Assembly (NCBI GenBank): GCA_964016885.1
Contig: OZ024743.1
Location: 268,584,001 to 268,648,000 of the forward strand
Reading direction: 5' to 3'
Origin: Eledone cirrhosa
Lineage: Eukaryota
Length of the DNA: 64,000 nt
Shown here: positions 1 through 13,141 of the stretch, in pieces
How positions within the stretch are numbered: position 1 is the stretch's first letter
How the letters are laid out: every line of letters starts with the position of its first letter
Notes under the pieces: generated by a model
Told to the model about the DNA's origin: nothing
What the model saw: the letters and a program-made list of their open reading frames with translations, nothing else
Database searches by the model: none
Made by a program: the position numbers and the translations under genes

Positions 1-19
1 ATTGGTGGTGTTGGTGTGG

Positions 20-1391
20 GCCTGATTGTTGGAGTAGTGGTAGTGGTGGCAGTAGTAGTGGTAGTGGTGGTAGTAGTAGTGGTAGTGGTGGCAGTAGTAG
101 TGGTAGTGGTGGTAGTAGTGGCAGTGGTGGTAGTAGTGGCAGTGGTAGTGGTGGCAGTAGTAGTGGTAGTGGTGGTAGTAGTAGTGGTAGTGGTGGCAGT
201 AGTAGTGGTAGTGGTGGTAGTAGTGGCAGTGGTAGTGGTGGCAGTAGTAGTGGTAGTGGTGGTAGTAGTGGCAGTGGTAGTGGTGGTTGTGGTGGCGGCG
301 GTGGTGGTAGTAGTAGTGGTAGTGGTGGCAGTAGTAGTGGTAGTGGTGGTAGTAGTGGCAGTGGTAGTGGTGGTAGTAGTGGCAGTGGTAGTGGTGGCAA
401 TAGTAGTGGTAGTGGTGGCAGTAGTAGTGGTAGTGGTGGCAGTAGTAGTGGTAGTGGTGGTAGTAGTGGCAGTGATAGTGGTGGCAGTAGTAGTGGTAGT
501 GGTGGTAGTAGTAGTGGTAGTGGTGGCAGTAGTAGTGGTAGTGGTGGTAGTAGTGGCAGTGGTAGTGGTGGCAGTAGTAGTGGTAGTGGTGGTAGTAGTG
601 GCAGTGGTAGTGGTGGCAGTAGTAGTGGTGGCAGTAGTAATAGTAGTAGTGGCAGTAGTAGTGGTAGTGGTGGCAGTAGTAGTAGTAGTAGTGGCAGTAG
701 TAGTGCTAATGGTGGCACTAGTAGTGGTATTGGTGCCTGTAGTAGTGGTAGTGGTAGCAGTATTAGTGGTAGTGGTGGCAGTTGTAGTGGTAGTGGTGGC
801 AGTATTAGTGGTAGCGTTGGTAGTAGTAGTGATAGTGGTGGCAGTATAGTGGTAGTGGTGACAGTAGTAGTGGTAGTGGTGGCAGTAGTAGTGTTAGTGG
901 TGGCAGTAGTGGCAGTGGTAGTGGTGCCAGTAGTAGTGGTAGTGGTAGAAGTATTAGTGGTAGTGGTGGCAGTTGTAGTGGTAGTGGTGGCAGTAGTAAA
1001 GGTAGTGGTGACAGTAGTAGTGGTAGTGGTGGCAGTAGTAGTGTTAGTGGTGGTAGTAGTGGCAGTGCTGGCAATAGTATTAGTAGTAGGTGTGGTGGCA
1101 GTAGTAGTGGTTGTGGTGTCAGTAGTAGTGTTGGCAGTAGTGGCAGTAGTAGTAGTAGTGGTGGTGGCAGTTGTAGTGGTTGTAGTGGCAGTAGTCGTGG
1201 TAGTGGTGGATGTAGTAGTGTTAGTGGTGGCAGTAGTAGTGGTAGTGGTGGCAGTAGTGGCAGTAGTAGTGGTAGTGGTGCCAGTAGTAGTGTTAGTGGT
1301 GGCACTAGTGACAGTAGTAGTGGTAGTGGTGGCAGTAGTGACAGTAGTAGTGGTAGTGGTGGCAGTAATAGTGTAGTGGTGGCGGAAGTGG

Positions 1392-1485
<94 letters not shown>

Positions 1486-1491
1486 GGTGGC

Positions 1492-1542
<51 letters not shown>

Positions 1543-1543
1543 G

Positions 1544-1591
<48 letters not shown>

Positions 1592-2170
1592 TAAGTAGTG
1601 TTGGCAGTAGTAGTAGTAGTGGTGACAGTAGTAGTGGTAGTGGTAGCAGTAGTAGTAGTATTAGTGGTGGTAGTAATAGTGGTGGCAGTTGTAGTAGTAG
1701 TAGTATTGTTGGCAGTAGTAGTAGTAGTAGCGGTGGCTGTAGTAGTAGTTGTGGTGGCAGTAGTAGTAGTAGTAGTGACAGTAGTAGTAGTCGTGGTGGC
1801 AGTAGTAGTAGTAGTGGTAGTGGTGGTGGCAGTAGTAGTAGTAGTAGTAGTGGTGGCAGTAGTATTGGCAGTGTTGGCAGTAGTAGTGGTAGTGGTGGCA
1901 GTAGTGGCAGTAGTAGTGGTAGTGGTGCCAGTAGTAGTGTTAGTGGTGGCAGTAGTACCAGTAGTAGTGGTAGTGGTGTCAGTAGTAGTGGTAGTGGTGG
2001 CAGTATTAGTAGTAGTGGTGGCAGTAGCATTGTTAGTGGTGGCAGTAGTAGTGGTTGTGGTTGCACCAGAAGTGGTTTTGGTGGCAGTAGTGGCAGTAGT
2101 AGTGGTAGCGGTGGCAGTAGTAGTAGTAGTAGTAGTAGTGGTGGCAGTAGTAGTAGTAGTAGTAGTAATT

Positions 2171-2226
<56 letters not shown>

Positions 2227-2316
2227 CGCAGTAGTATAAGTAGTGTTGGCAGTAGTAGTAGTAGTGGTGACAGTAATAGTGGTATTGGTAGGAGTATTAG
2301 TAGTATTAGTGGTGGC

Positions 2317-2374
<58 letters not shown>

Positions 2375-2451
2375 TTGGTAGTAGTAGTAGTAGTAGTAGT
2401 AGCGGTGGCTGTAGTAGTAGTATTGGTGGCAGTAGTAGTAGTATTGGTGGC

Positions 2452-2518
<67 letters not shown>

Positions 2519-2533
2519 ACAGTAGTAGTAGTC

Positions 2534-2599
<66 letters not shown>

Positions 2600-2646
2600 T
2601 TGGCAGTAGTATTGGTAGTGTTGGTAGTAGTAGTGGTAGTTGTGGC

Positions 2647-2720
<74 letters not shown>

Positions 2721-2721
2721 C

Positions 2722-2755
<34 letters not shown>

Positions 2756-2771
2756 TTGATAGTAGTAGTGA

Positions 2772-2803
<32 letters not shown>

Positions 2804-2940
2804 TTGATAGTAGTAGTAGTAGTGGTAGCGGTAGTAGTAGTAGTAATAGTAGTAGTAGTGGCAGTAGTAATAGTAGTAGTAGTAGCAGTAGTAGTATTAG
2901 TAGTAGTGGTGGTGGCAGTAGTAGTAGTAGTGGTGGCGTA
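20..2940. repeat. Degenerate trinucleotide (GTA/GTG/GCA)n low-complexity array
   Basis: Continuous GTA/GTG/GCA triplets with pure (GTA)n runs at about 1394-1475 and 2320-2710. The poly-Val and poly-Leu/Pro ORFs are read-through of the repeat. Confidence 0.95.
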
Positions 2941-3383
2941 GCTGTGGCGTAGCTGTGGTCGAGATTATATTTGCTGTCGTGATGGTTGGCTTAGTATGTG
3001 TGTGGTGGTGATGTGATGGGTTTGGTGTTAATGGTGATAATGGTGGTGCTGTTGTTGGTAGTGATGATGGCTGTATCGGTAACGGTAGTGACGTGTGGGG
3101 GTGGGACAGTGGTTGTGTTGATACTGGTTGCTATGGATACTCTAAGTGCATTATATCTAAATATATGAATTAACGTTTATGTTTGTTTCTTGTGTGAGTA
3201 TGTGTGTGTATGTGTGTGTATGAGAGTGTCACTGACTGTGTGTGTAAGAATGTGTTTTTACGCACATGCTTACGCATTAGAGTATATATAGACATATACG
3301 TATATTCCCATGAGAGTTCAGCTTCTATCTCGACATACAACACACACACACGCACAGACACACTCACATTTGTATATATATAT

Positions 3384-3425
<42 letters not shown>

Positions 3426-3637
3426 TTCGTTTCTGAATTTGTTTAGCAAGATTCTTTATCTGAAAACGTGTGTTGAAACCGATATTGTTATACTTTGGGA
3501 GGGTCATGTTGCCAATAAGAAACACCCGCACCACATGTTTTCGCTTCAATTTATTATAAATTAAAGTTATAAATTTAGGAATTTAGGAATTTCCTGTTGG
3601 TTGGTTGGTTCCACAACCAGACGATTGTTCATATATT

Positions 3638-3680
3638 GTCAAAGTTCTTTCATCACACATTCTGTGACCTCTTCAGAGAC
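3638..3680 (-). ncRNA. Degenerate minimal type-I hammerhead ribozyme in the PLE 3' region
   Basis: Minus strand: GTCT CTGAAGA G GTCACA gaatg TGTGAT GAAA GAAC TT TGAC. Core boxes, 6-bp stem II and GTC/GAC stem I are present; C11.1 and stem III are degenerate. Confidence 0.55.
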
Positions 3681-3923
3681 TGGGGATTCTTTTCTTTGTT
3701 TTTGTGCCTCTCCTTTGTTCTGTCCTACGCCATCTTGTTTTTGTGTGTGTTGCGTGCTTAGTTTGCGCATGTGTTACATCCAGATGTCTGTGTGTGTTTA
3801 TATTTGTTTATTTATTTGTTAATTTGCATGTTACTGGTTGGTTGTTTGTTCTATGGGTGTGTGTGTTTTCATTTTGTCCTTAATTGTAAGTTGTGATGTT
3901 GCTATTCCTTTCATGCTTTCTAT

Positions 3924-4197
3924 TTAATTTGGTTGGAGTTCATTTATGTTTATTGCCTCTGTGATTTGTCTAAACATAGCGTCTTTTCTGTGTGTAACTT
4001 CTATTTTTATTTCTATGTTCTTTAATTTACCCTTATGTTCTATTTTAGCATGTTGGTAGAGTACAGATGATTCTTTACTATCTTGAAGCTCTCGCCAGTG
4101 TTCATTTATCAGTTCTCCTATACTACGAGCTGTCTCACCTATGTACACTATATTCTTATCTCTACATTGTCCTTCAGTACATCTTATGTTATGAATT
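3924..4197 (-). pseudogene. PLE GIY-YIG endonuclease C-terminal fragment
   Basis: Translation IHNIRCTEGQCRDKNIVYIGETARSIGELINEH...SVLYQHAKIEH...RQITEAININELQPN has the C-x-C, YIGET-R, EH, H and R-x3-EA-x-I...P-N motifs of PLE endonucleases. Confidence 0.85.
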
Positions 4198-4553
4198 GGA
4201 TAGCAACATCACAACGTACAATTAAGGACAAAATGAAAACACACACACACATAGAATAAACAACCAATCAGTAACATGTAAATAAACAAATAAATAAACA
4301 AATATAAAATAAATTTATAAATTTAATTTATAATAAATTGAAGTGAAGGCTCCTGGTGCGTGTGTTTCTTATTGGCAACATGACCCTCCCAAAGTATAAC
4401 AATATCGGTTTCAACACACGTTTTCAGATAAAGAATCTTGCTAAACAAATTCAGAAACTACATATATATATATATATATACATAAATATATATATATATT
4501 ATAAATATTGACATACCCTGAAAAAAGACAACCTTAATGGTTGGAGCTTCCTG

Positions 4554-4606
<53 letters not shown>

Positions 4607-4732
4607 GTATATTCCCATGAGAGTTCAGTTTTTATCTCGACATACACCCACCCACACACACATACACACACTCACATGTGCACAGTCACACTCACATGTG
4701 TATATATATACACACACACACACACACTCATA

Positions 4733-5079
<347 letters not shown>

Positions 5080-5100
5080 GTATATATATATATATATATA

Positions 5101-5281
5101 TAGGAAAAAGTATGACCCCGACGGCAGAACTCAAGCCGTTTCGACGGAAATAGCCGTCGAAACGGCTTGAGCTCTGCCGTCGGGGTTTATACCTTTTCCT
5201 ATTACCCACTCTACTAATCTAAGTATTGAGTACTCTGGTGCGTTATGGTCCATCTGGTTCCTTACCACACTTTTCACACCG
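5101..5281 (+). mobile_element. Fold-back short element, family F1 (copy 2)
   Basis: Hairpin 5101-5201 centred on GACGG-aaatag-CCGTC; same tail as copy 1. Confidence 0.85.
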
Positions 5282-5840
5282 TATCTCTATCTAAATATCT
5301 CTATGCGTTTGTGTGTATATATGTGTGTAAATATAAACTTTCTTTTTTGACAGCAATATAAGATATACCTAATGCATGATGCAGACCAAACGTTCTCAGC
5401 GGGGACATATGCACCCACAGGGGGCGTTTTGGAACAAGGGGGTATCAGGGGGGAGATAGGGGGTAACTGGAAGGCTCTTTACTTTGGTAAGTTTTATAAG
5501 CCATATTTGTATATCTCTGAGACAGCCAGTGTGAATGCATTTGAATGAGCATGCAGACAGCATAACTATGGTCTGACCGCAGCTGTAAGCAGGTGTGCAG
5601 GCGTGTCTAAACATTAACCGGCAATTGAGATCCTAAAAATGGAAAAACCCACAGTCAACTGGGTCAAAGACACTTTGAGCGCAGCCAGTTAGAATCTTGT
5701 CTTTGCTTCACGGATAACAATGTATTTCATGTCTGAAATTATTGACTCAACCGTAACGAGTTAACACTATGTAGATCTTTTTTATTCCCTATTGTATAAA
5801 TAATATTACAAATAAAAAAAGAAAAGAAAAAACACAAAAG

Positions 5841-6198
5841 CGGGTAGCACACACATCTAGGACCACATACAACTCATAATCAGGTAGCACACACATCTAG
5901 GACCACATACAACACATAATCAGATAATACACACATCTAGGACTACATACAACACATAGGCAGGTAATACACACATCTAAGACTACATACAATACATAAG
6001 CAGGTAATACACACATCTAGGACCACATGCAACACATAAGCAGGTAATACATACATCTAGGACCAAATACAACACACAAGGAGGTAATACACACAGCTGG
6101 GACCACATACAATACATAAGCAGGTAATACATACATCTAGGATTGCATACAACACACAGGGAGGTAATACATACATCTAGGACCACATACAACACACA
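5841..6198. repeat. 40-bp minisatellite, about 9 copies
   Basis: Unit approximately CAGGTAATACACACATCTAGGACCACATACAACACATAAG, repeating every 40 bp. Confidence 0.9.
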
Positions 6199-6206
6199 TT
6201 GTATCA

Positions 6207-7140
6207 TGTGCTACGGATGACGCAAGAGCAATGGTCGGCCAACATAAGGGTTTCTTCACTCTTCTGAAGAGAGAAAATCTATCTGTATTTGCTGTTCATT
6301 GTGTCATTCATCAACAACACTTGGCTGCGAAGAAACTCAGCGAGCCACTGAGCAAGTCTTGCAGGTGGCCATTGATGTCATCAATTTTATCAAACACCAT
6401 TCCCCCAATGAACAAAATTTTCGGCACCTGTACCAAGATAATGAGGAAGAATTCGTCAAGTTGCTCCATCATACTGAAGTGAGGTGGCTTTCAAAGGGCA
6501 AGTGCCTTACTCACTTCTTTGAACTGTTCGACTCTATCATTGAGTTTCTTCGAGGACGCAACACAGAACTGTAAAAGAAAATCCTCGATGTGAGGCAAGA
6601 CTGCGCCTACCTCGCTAACATCTTGACAAATGCAATAGCGTCATTATGGGTTCGCAGGGGGAGAAGATCACCTTGCTTAAAGCAAGGAATGCTGTGATAA
6701 CATTCCTGGCCAAATTGAATGTCATCGAAAGGAATCTTTTTTGACGGGAATTCTATAATTTTCCTAGTGTCGCCAATGTTCAAAACATTGTAAGCGATGA
6801 CCAACTCCAAATTTATACCGCTCACTTCCGTACACTACAAGACAACATGAGAGAACAGTTTGTTGACCTTTTGCCGATGTACATCCCAATGTGGATAGCA
6901 GATCCCTTCATAGCTACCGTCGACGATTTGGACGTTAAATTTCAGGAAGAATTCATTGAACTTCAAGCAGATAACATGATCAAAATTAGATTTCCCAAAA
7001 TAGGTGAACCCCTTTTTTTGGATGCAAGAGGAAATTCAGCGTCGATTTCCACTCCTACATGCAGAGGCTGAGAGATTTGCTCTGCCTTTTCCAAGCTCAT
7101 ACTTAGTCGAGAGGAGGTTTGGTGCAACCGCTACAATGTG
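6207..7140 (+). pseudogene. hAT transposase relic (frameshifted)
   Basis: Motifs TDDARAMVG, HCVIHQQHLAAK, VINFIK, LLHHTEVRWLSKGKCL and LPFPSSYLVERRF are typical of Charlie/ZBED5/GTF2IRD2-type hAT transposases. Confidence 0.85.
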
Positions 7141-7614
7141 GAGATCGCTAGCTACATCTTACGAAAATTCAGCCTCATGTCAAAGAGTTAACTAGACTCC
7201 ATGAAGCTCAAATGAGGTCAAAGTTAAAGTAAGTTGATTTATCCGAAAACTTGGATATGCTATGTTACAAAGAAAACTAACATTTGTTTATTTGTAGTTG
7301 CAGTCTGACTGCAATTCACTTACTCATTTGTTGTATATATTTTACCATTTACTAATAAATATACCCTCTTATATAGTCTTGAAAACCCTCTTCCATGGTC
7401 TCTAAGCTCACAAAGAGGAGGTGACATCAAGTTAGATATCAACATTTATTCTGTCTGTTTCAATAAAAGGAAAATTGGAAAGCTTTGAAATGATATAATT
7501 GCCACTTTCTTCTAGATAAGACCACTCTTTGGATAGACAGAGTAGCTCTTGTATAAATGTTCAAAATAGCTGGTAACACCTGGTGGGAATATAACAAATT
7601 CAACTGGTCATTCA

Positions 7615-8040
7615 GCAGCACCGTTTTACATCCATTCTTCTATGCTAGCATGGGTTGGACGGGTTGTCCTGTTGTGGGCAGTGTCCAGTCGGCTGACTTT
7701 GTGTTTCTCATACGGGAACTGATTCTGGCTTTATTTCTACAGCTGGATGCCCTTCCTAACACCAACCTTATTTACAGTGAGTGCTGGGTGCTTTTTTCCC
7801 TGGCGCCTACACGTCCACTTTTACAGTGTGGGCTGGGTGCTTTTTTTTGCCGTGGCACCTCCACGACCACTTTGCAGTGGAATGATAGGGACCCCAGTCC
7901 TATCATCTCATTTCTACAGCTGAGTAAACTGGAGCAATGTGAAATAAAGTGAAATAACACATCACCCGGTCCGAGAATTTAACTCAAAACCTGTTGATTG
8001 CAAGCCCAATGCTCTAACCACTAAGCTATGCGCCTTCCTT
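7615..8040 (-). mobile_element. tRNA-derived SINE
   Basis: Minus-strand head with A box TAGCTTAGTGG and degenerate B box GAGTTAAATTC, then central TGCTCCAGTTTACTCAGCTG. Related heads at 38786-39100 and 49945-50085. Confidence 0.65.
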
Positions 8041-8562
8041 ATTCATAAAAAAGAACATTTATGTTCTTTATTTTGAAATTTATATATTTCTTTCAAGAAT
8101 GTATTTATACTCTCAGCTGCCTGCAATGGTATCTTTGGAATATTGTTAATCAATTTTTTAGTAATCGACTGATATCAAAATCAGTAGTATATTGAAAAAT
8201 GGAAAAATAGGGTAGGGGCACTTCGTAATTTTGAGGGACAAAAAGGGGCGTTTGGCCTAAATAGGTTGAGAACCTGTGATGTAGAATACATATAATTATT
8301 CGGCTGTTGCCTCGAATTAACAATGGAGCATACACCTGAATCAGCCCCTCTCTCTCTCTCTCTCATTCTCACACACACACACACACTCTCTCTCTCTCTC
8401 TCTCACACACACTCACTCACTCCCTCTCACACCCACTCTCTCTCCCCCTCTCTCTTTCTGTCTCTCTGAATTATAATATATATAAATATTCAGGACATCT
8501 GATGACCCTGTGATAACAAGACTCACCATTTAGGCTTAATAAAATGAATATTAAAACTATAT

Positions 8563-9250
8563 CATCATCATCAGGTCGAGCTTGCTTGGCTTTCTACGAC
8601 ACGTTTCCTCCATCCATCTCTGTCTCTCATAGCGTTTGCCAGTTCTTCCGCGGTGCATCGAGTATCGTCCTCAAGTTGCTTGACGTATGTCTTCTTGGGA
8701 CGACCAGCGTTTCTTGCTCCATGAGATGGACTCCATAACAACACATCACCTGCTATTTCTTCCTTGCTGCGCCAACAGTGGCCATCGAATCAGTTGCAAA
8801 GGAAATCGGACTCTATGTCAAAGCAGGCAACACATGATATATTTGCCTGAACCAAGACTCCTCAGTTGGTATACGAAGTCTAAACGGTGATATAATCAAG
8901 CAAGTTGACGACTTCAAATACCTGGGTAGCTATATCGCCTCCACAGAACATGATGTTAACATCAGACTGGGAAAAGCCTGGGGAGCATTGAATGCAATGG
9001 AAAAAATATGGAAATCAAACCTGCCGGCCAAAGTGAAAAGGAATTTCTTCAGAGCTGCTGTGGAATCTGTGCTTCTTTGTGGGTCTATCACTTGGACGCT
9101 AACGTCGAAACTGGAGAAAACGCTAAACGGGGCATACACACGTATGCTCCGTGTTGCTTTAAACGTATCATGGAGGGAACACCCAACAAATAAGGATCTC
9201 TATGGCACTATACCACCTATCAGCAGGTCAATACGTAAACAGAGACTGAG
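8563..9250. mobile_element. Truncated RTE-clade LINE with 5' inversion and 10-bp TSD
   Basis: Plus 8790-9250 encodes ...QVDDFKYLGSYI...AVESVLL...IRKQRLR. Minus 8790-8563 encodes the continuation FDGHCWRSKEE...GRPKKTY...DRDGWR plus a (TGA)n tail. AAAACTATAT occurs at 8553-8562 and 9251-9260. Confidence 0.88.
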
Positions 9251-9252
9251 AA

Positions 9253-9317
<65 letters not shown>

Positions 9318-9329
9318 TATGTGTGTGTG

Positions 9330-9415
<86 letters not shown>

Positions 9416-9939
9416 ATCTCTTCTACACTGTTATTGATTTCAATCATTAGACTTCGGTTATACTGGTTTTGCTGGTCACACATCAGAATAAATTTGTGCC
9501 CAATTGTTACCTAAAGCTTGTTGTTTTTTCCCTCGCCCTATCCATTCACTTGCACCTATCCCATTTACTATCATATACGTAATCATTTCTATTGCATATT
9601 TGTATCATAACGCCCCCACTCCATCTCATTTGTTCTCAATATGACCCTACCTTAAGACGTCAAAATCTGTGTGCGTCCTTGAGTTTCAGTACCCTGATTT
9701 AATCGTTCATATCGAACCTATTACTTAATTATTTTTAATTCTGCTACTTAGGTTAGTCGAACAGCTGATACAGAAATTGAGAACTAGGGACTCTTTAAAG
9801 GAGTTATTAACACACTCACCATGCATCAAAGTTAAGCGAATTTCGATTCCTCAAAGACGCTTCTGATCACTTTTTTTTCCATCTCCAGGGCTATTTTACA
9901 TAAGTGGTCGACTATTATTATGGTCATTTGCGCTGGTAA

Positions 9940-9981
<42 letters not shown>

Positions 9982-10372
9982 GATATTAACAACATAGCTG
10001 TATACATATAAGTATGTGTATTTTTTATATGTAGCAATATACGGTATGCTTACGAATAAACATTTGAAAGCCTTTAGCTATGAATTTTCGAAGCTGATGA
10101 CGGAGAGTCATCTAGCTGATTCCAGTAGAAGCAGGGACGGATAACTGTCGGCGATCAGCGTTTCTCACTCTGATCGTTATCAAGGAACGCAATATAGGGG
10201 AAAACATATATACATATATGAAAGAGAGATGGGGGGAAATTAATGTATAGTTAGATAGATACATAAATAGAGGGAGATTTATTGATACGGTTCTTTGTGT
10301 ATGTACTCATTCCTGCATTTTAGTGTGAGTACTGTATAAAAGTTGTATGCATATTCACGCCTGTGTTTGCCG

Positions 10373-10421
<49 letters not shown>

Positions 10422-10425
<4 letters not shown>

Positions 10426-10621
10426 AACGAGTAGGACCCCGACGGCTGAGCTCAAGCCGTTTTGACGGCTAATTCTGAACTAAATGTCCAGAATTAGCCG
10501 TCCAAACGGCTTGAGCTCAGCCGTCGGGGTCCTACTCGTTCCTATTACCCACTCTACTACCCTAAGTATTGAGTACTTTGGTGCGTTATGGTCCACCTGG
10601 TTCCTTACCACATTTCCTTCG

Positions 10622-10624
<3 letters not shown>
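10422..10624 (+). mobile_element. Fold-back short element, family F1 (copy 3)
   Basis: Hairpin about 10422-10544 with long central stem GACGGCTAATTCTG/CAGAATTAGCCGTC, plus the F1 tail. A partial arm also lies at 10820-10872. Confidence 0.85.
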
Positions 10625-10675
<51 letters not shown>

Positions 10676-10740
10676 TTAATATTAGGAAATTGTTCTTTGT
10701 TTTTATTCATTGTTTTTATTAATTTATATATATGTATATA

Positions 10741-10817
<77 letters not shown>

Positions 10818-11171
10818 TATAGGAAAAAGTATGACCCCGACGGCAGAGCTCAAGCCGTTTCGACGGCTATTTCTATATATATAGAACATAGAATATAGAA
10901 TATATATATGTGTGTATGTATATATATATATGTATACAGACAGACATATAGACATGTATGGATTTATGTTTCTGCGTGTTTGTAATTTTGTGTGTTTATC
11001 ATCTACGTGAATGTGTGGATGTATGTGAGGTTGGTGAATGTCTTATCTAGCCCTGTTATCTTCCGTCGAGAAGTACCTGATGGTCGAATCTCTTCAAGTT
11101 ACAGATTGTTTCTAATCAACATTCACGTCTGCATCCTGTTCAGTGGCATTTCTCAACATCATCTGCGAATA

Positions 11172-11502
11172 TACGAGGTCTGTCGAAAAAAGTATCCGAC
11201 CTTAGACTGAGTATAAAGCTTACATTCTCGGTGGGGTTCAGTTGATAAACCGTTCGAAAGTGGGCCCTTTCGGGTCGGCTATGAGTTCTTCCGTCGAAGT
11301 TCAATTGATGTCATTTCTTCAGTCAAAAAGAGTGCGTATTCACTAGCATTTTAATTTTGCGAGAACAACAAGAAGTCAGGTGTATAGTTCCTTGGTACAC
11401 ATCCTCGGGCGGATGAGAAAAATGCTTTTCTTTGTCAAATATAGATGTGGCATCATTAAATCACGCGGGAAAATAAAGTCGGATAGTTTTTCGGCACACC
11501 TA
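11172..11502. mobile_element. Mariner/Tc1-like internally deleted element (MITE)
   Basis: Imperfect TIRs TACGAGGTCTGTCGAAAAAAGTATCCGAC and GTCGGATAGTTTTTCGGCACACCT-A, TA-flanked. Confidence 0.6.
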
Positions 11503-11656
11503 TTAAATATATATATATATTTAGAACTATTTGCAGCCATATAGCCTGATTTGAAGGTTGACTACCTGACTTATCCACTAGATATATTAACGAGGAGATG
11601 GATACATGAATGGCAAGATATTTACACATATGCTTCTCTCTTTCTCTCTCTCTCAT

Positions 11657-11710
<54 letters not shown>

Positions 11711-11726
11711 GCTCTGTGTATGTATG

Positions 11727-11772
<46 letters not shown>

Positions 11773-11880
11773 ATAATTGTTTCAACTTTTGGCACAAGGC
11801 CAGCAATTATCCCAGTGCATTACTGGTGCTTTATTTTATCGATCCCGTAAGAAATGAAAGGCAAATTTAACCTCATGGTA
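11773..11880 (-). mobile_element. SINE fragment (Nin/Deu-type central domain family)
   Basis: CCCAGTGCATTACTGGTGCTTTATTTTATCGATCCCGTAAGAAATGAAAGGCAAA is shared with the copies at 52005-52870 and 41670-41845. Confidence 0.7.
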
Positions 11881-12274
11881 GTACAGACGGGATTAAATCA
11901 CCATAATTGTTTATTGCATTCTATATATTTCTGTTACATGGTTATTCATGTGACTTCGCCAGACGCTAACCCAGTCATTGGTGCAGTTATGCAATCATTG
12001 TGATATGTTGGTGACCCTGCACGTCCATCCAGTAGTGAACTTGTTCGGCATATGGATCTTCTGATTGTTAAGTTCTAGCAGTTTCTGTATCAATTTTCTG
12101 ATTGGTTAATTTAGTCTTTAAGAATTGTATAGTGTCTGGCTGACCTGCCGCTGATCTCACCATGTGGTCCATCGTTTCAACCGCATTCTTTAGCTATTTT
12201 CTTTTCGGACAGGCGTCGTTATGTCTAGTGATATAAATGTGTATATATAAATATATATATACACATATATATAT

Positions 12275-12475
12275 ATGTGAGAAAAACCACAGACCCTCCA
12301 TCTCAACTCTACTTTTGAAAAGCAGAAGAACTGCGAAACCGGTAAAGGAACCAAATAAATATATATATTTTTTTAAAAATAAGACTCCAGCATTTTCTAT
12401 TTCATCTTTTTTTCTTTATACTTTCACTCATGTAGGACACCTCGGTTATTTTTCATTTTGTAAAAAAATCCTCAC

Positions 12476-12482
<7 letters not shown>
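12275..12482 (+). mobile_element. Short (TA)n-flanked element, family F4, with hammerhead-like relic
   Basis: Near-identical inverted copy at 59519-59729. Contains CTT TTGAAAA GCAG aagaa CTGC GAAA CCGG TA AAG. Confidence 0.75.
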
Positions 12483-12537
<55 letters not shown>

Positions 12538-13017
12538 AATTAGTATATCTAGTAACATATATATACACAGATGCTTACTTATGCTAGCAAATATATAGGT
12601 TTTGTCTTAGTAACTTTGTGGTTCAATGCATGGGGATGCAGAACAATAATATGAGAGACGTAAAATAAGAAAATTATAAAATTAACTTAATTACTAAAAT
12701 TTCACTCCAACTAATTAGTTTCTGAAAGGGAATAAACATAGTTTCCGAAGAAACGTACGGAGAAGCCTTTCGTCATCAGGGAAGTCTATTCTCAGCTAAG
12801 TTTCCAGGCAATACGTGGACACAGGGAACTTATACAAAAATAATTCAGTGGATGGAAAAAAGCAAAGCGTGGACTAAATTCCAAGCCATTGAAAAAATCA
12901 CTGCCTACTGCGTCGGTGGCAAATTCAAAAGAATCAGTCATGTGACATCGAGGTCAATCAGTGAAGAGTGGTTTGTTAAGAGACCATCGCCATTCTTATA
13001 TCGATATTATTCGGGCA

Positions 13018-13141
13018 TCCACTGATGAGTTTATAAGAGCCCGCTTGTGTATAAAACTATGGATTATATACAAGTTTCTACATAACCTGGAAATTATTTA
13101 TCCCAAATTGTAGAAATCTTATAACGAAACGGCCGTATGGA
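13018..13141 (+). ncRNA. Type-I hammerhead ribozyme with intact core and branched stem II
   Basis: TCCA CTGATGA G(T)TTATAAGA...TCTTATAAC GAAA CGGCCG TA TGGA. Stem I TCCA/TGGA, all core nucleotides, palindromic stem III; predicted cleavage after 13137. Confidence 0.8.

Larger units (their letters stand above)
3429..4458 (-). mobile_element. 5'-truncated Penelope-like element (PLE) with inverted pseudo-LTR
   Basis: GIY-YIG C-terminal coding relic on minus. 3429-3575 is inverted at about 4311-4458 and 3798-3907 at about 4198-4308. Flanked by (TA)n. Confidence 0.85.
5386..8278 (+). mobile_element. Decayed hAT (Charlie/Buster-like) DNA transposon
   Basis: Degenerate TIR-like ends (GTTCTCAGC at about 5392; GTTGAGAACCTG at about 8265-8276) enclose transposase fragments. 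The 5' end is homologous to 61195-61395. Confidence 0.65.

Noticed and set aside
16-3140. Mucin-like poly-Thr/Ala exon on minus, or poly-Val ORFs on plus
   Set aside because: Triplet phase shifts several times (about 847, 1375, 1593, 2238), pure (GTA)n runs indicate slippage, and there is no credible start or splice context.
5841-6198. CRISPR-like regularly spaced repeat
   Set aside because: The whole 40-bp unit repeats with no unique spacers, there are no cas genes, and the context is eukaryotic.
10088-10154. Hammerhead at CTGATGACGGAG...GAAGCAG...CTGTC
   Set aside because: The GAAA box is altered and displaced and stem I pairing is poor. Possibly a relic but not supportable alone.
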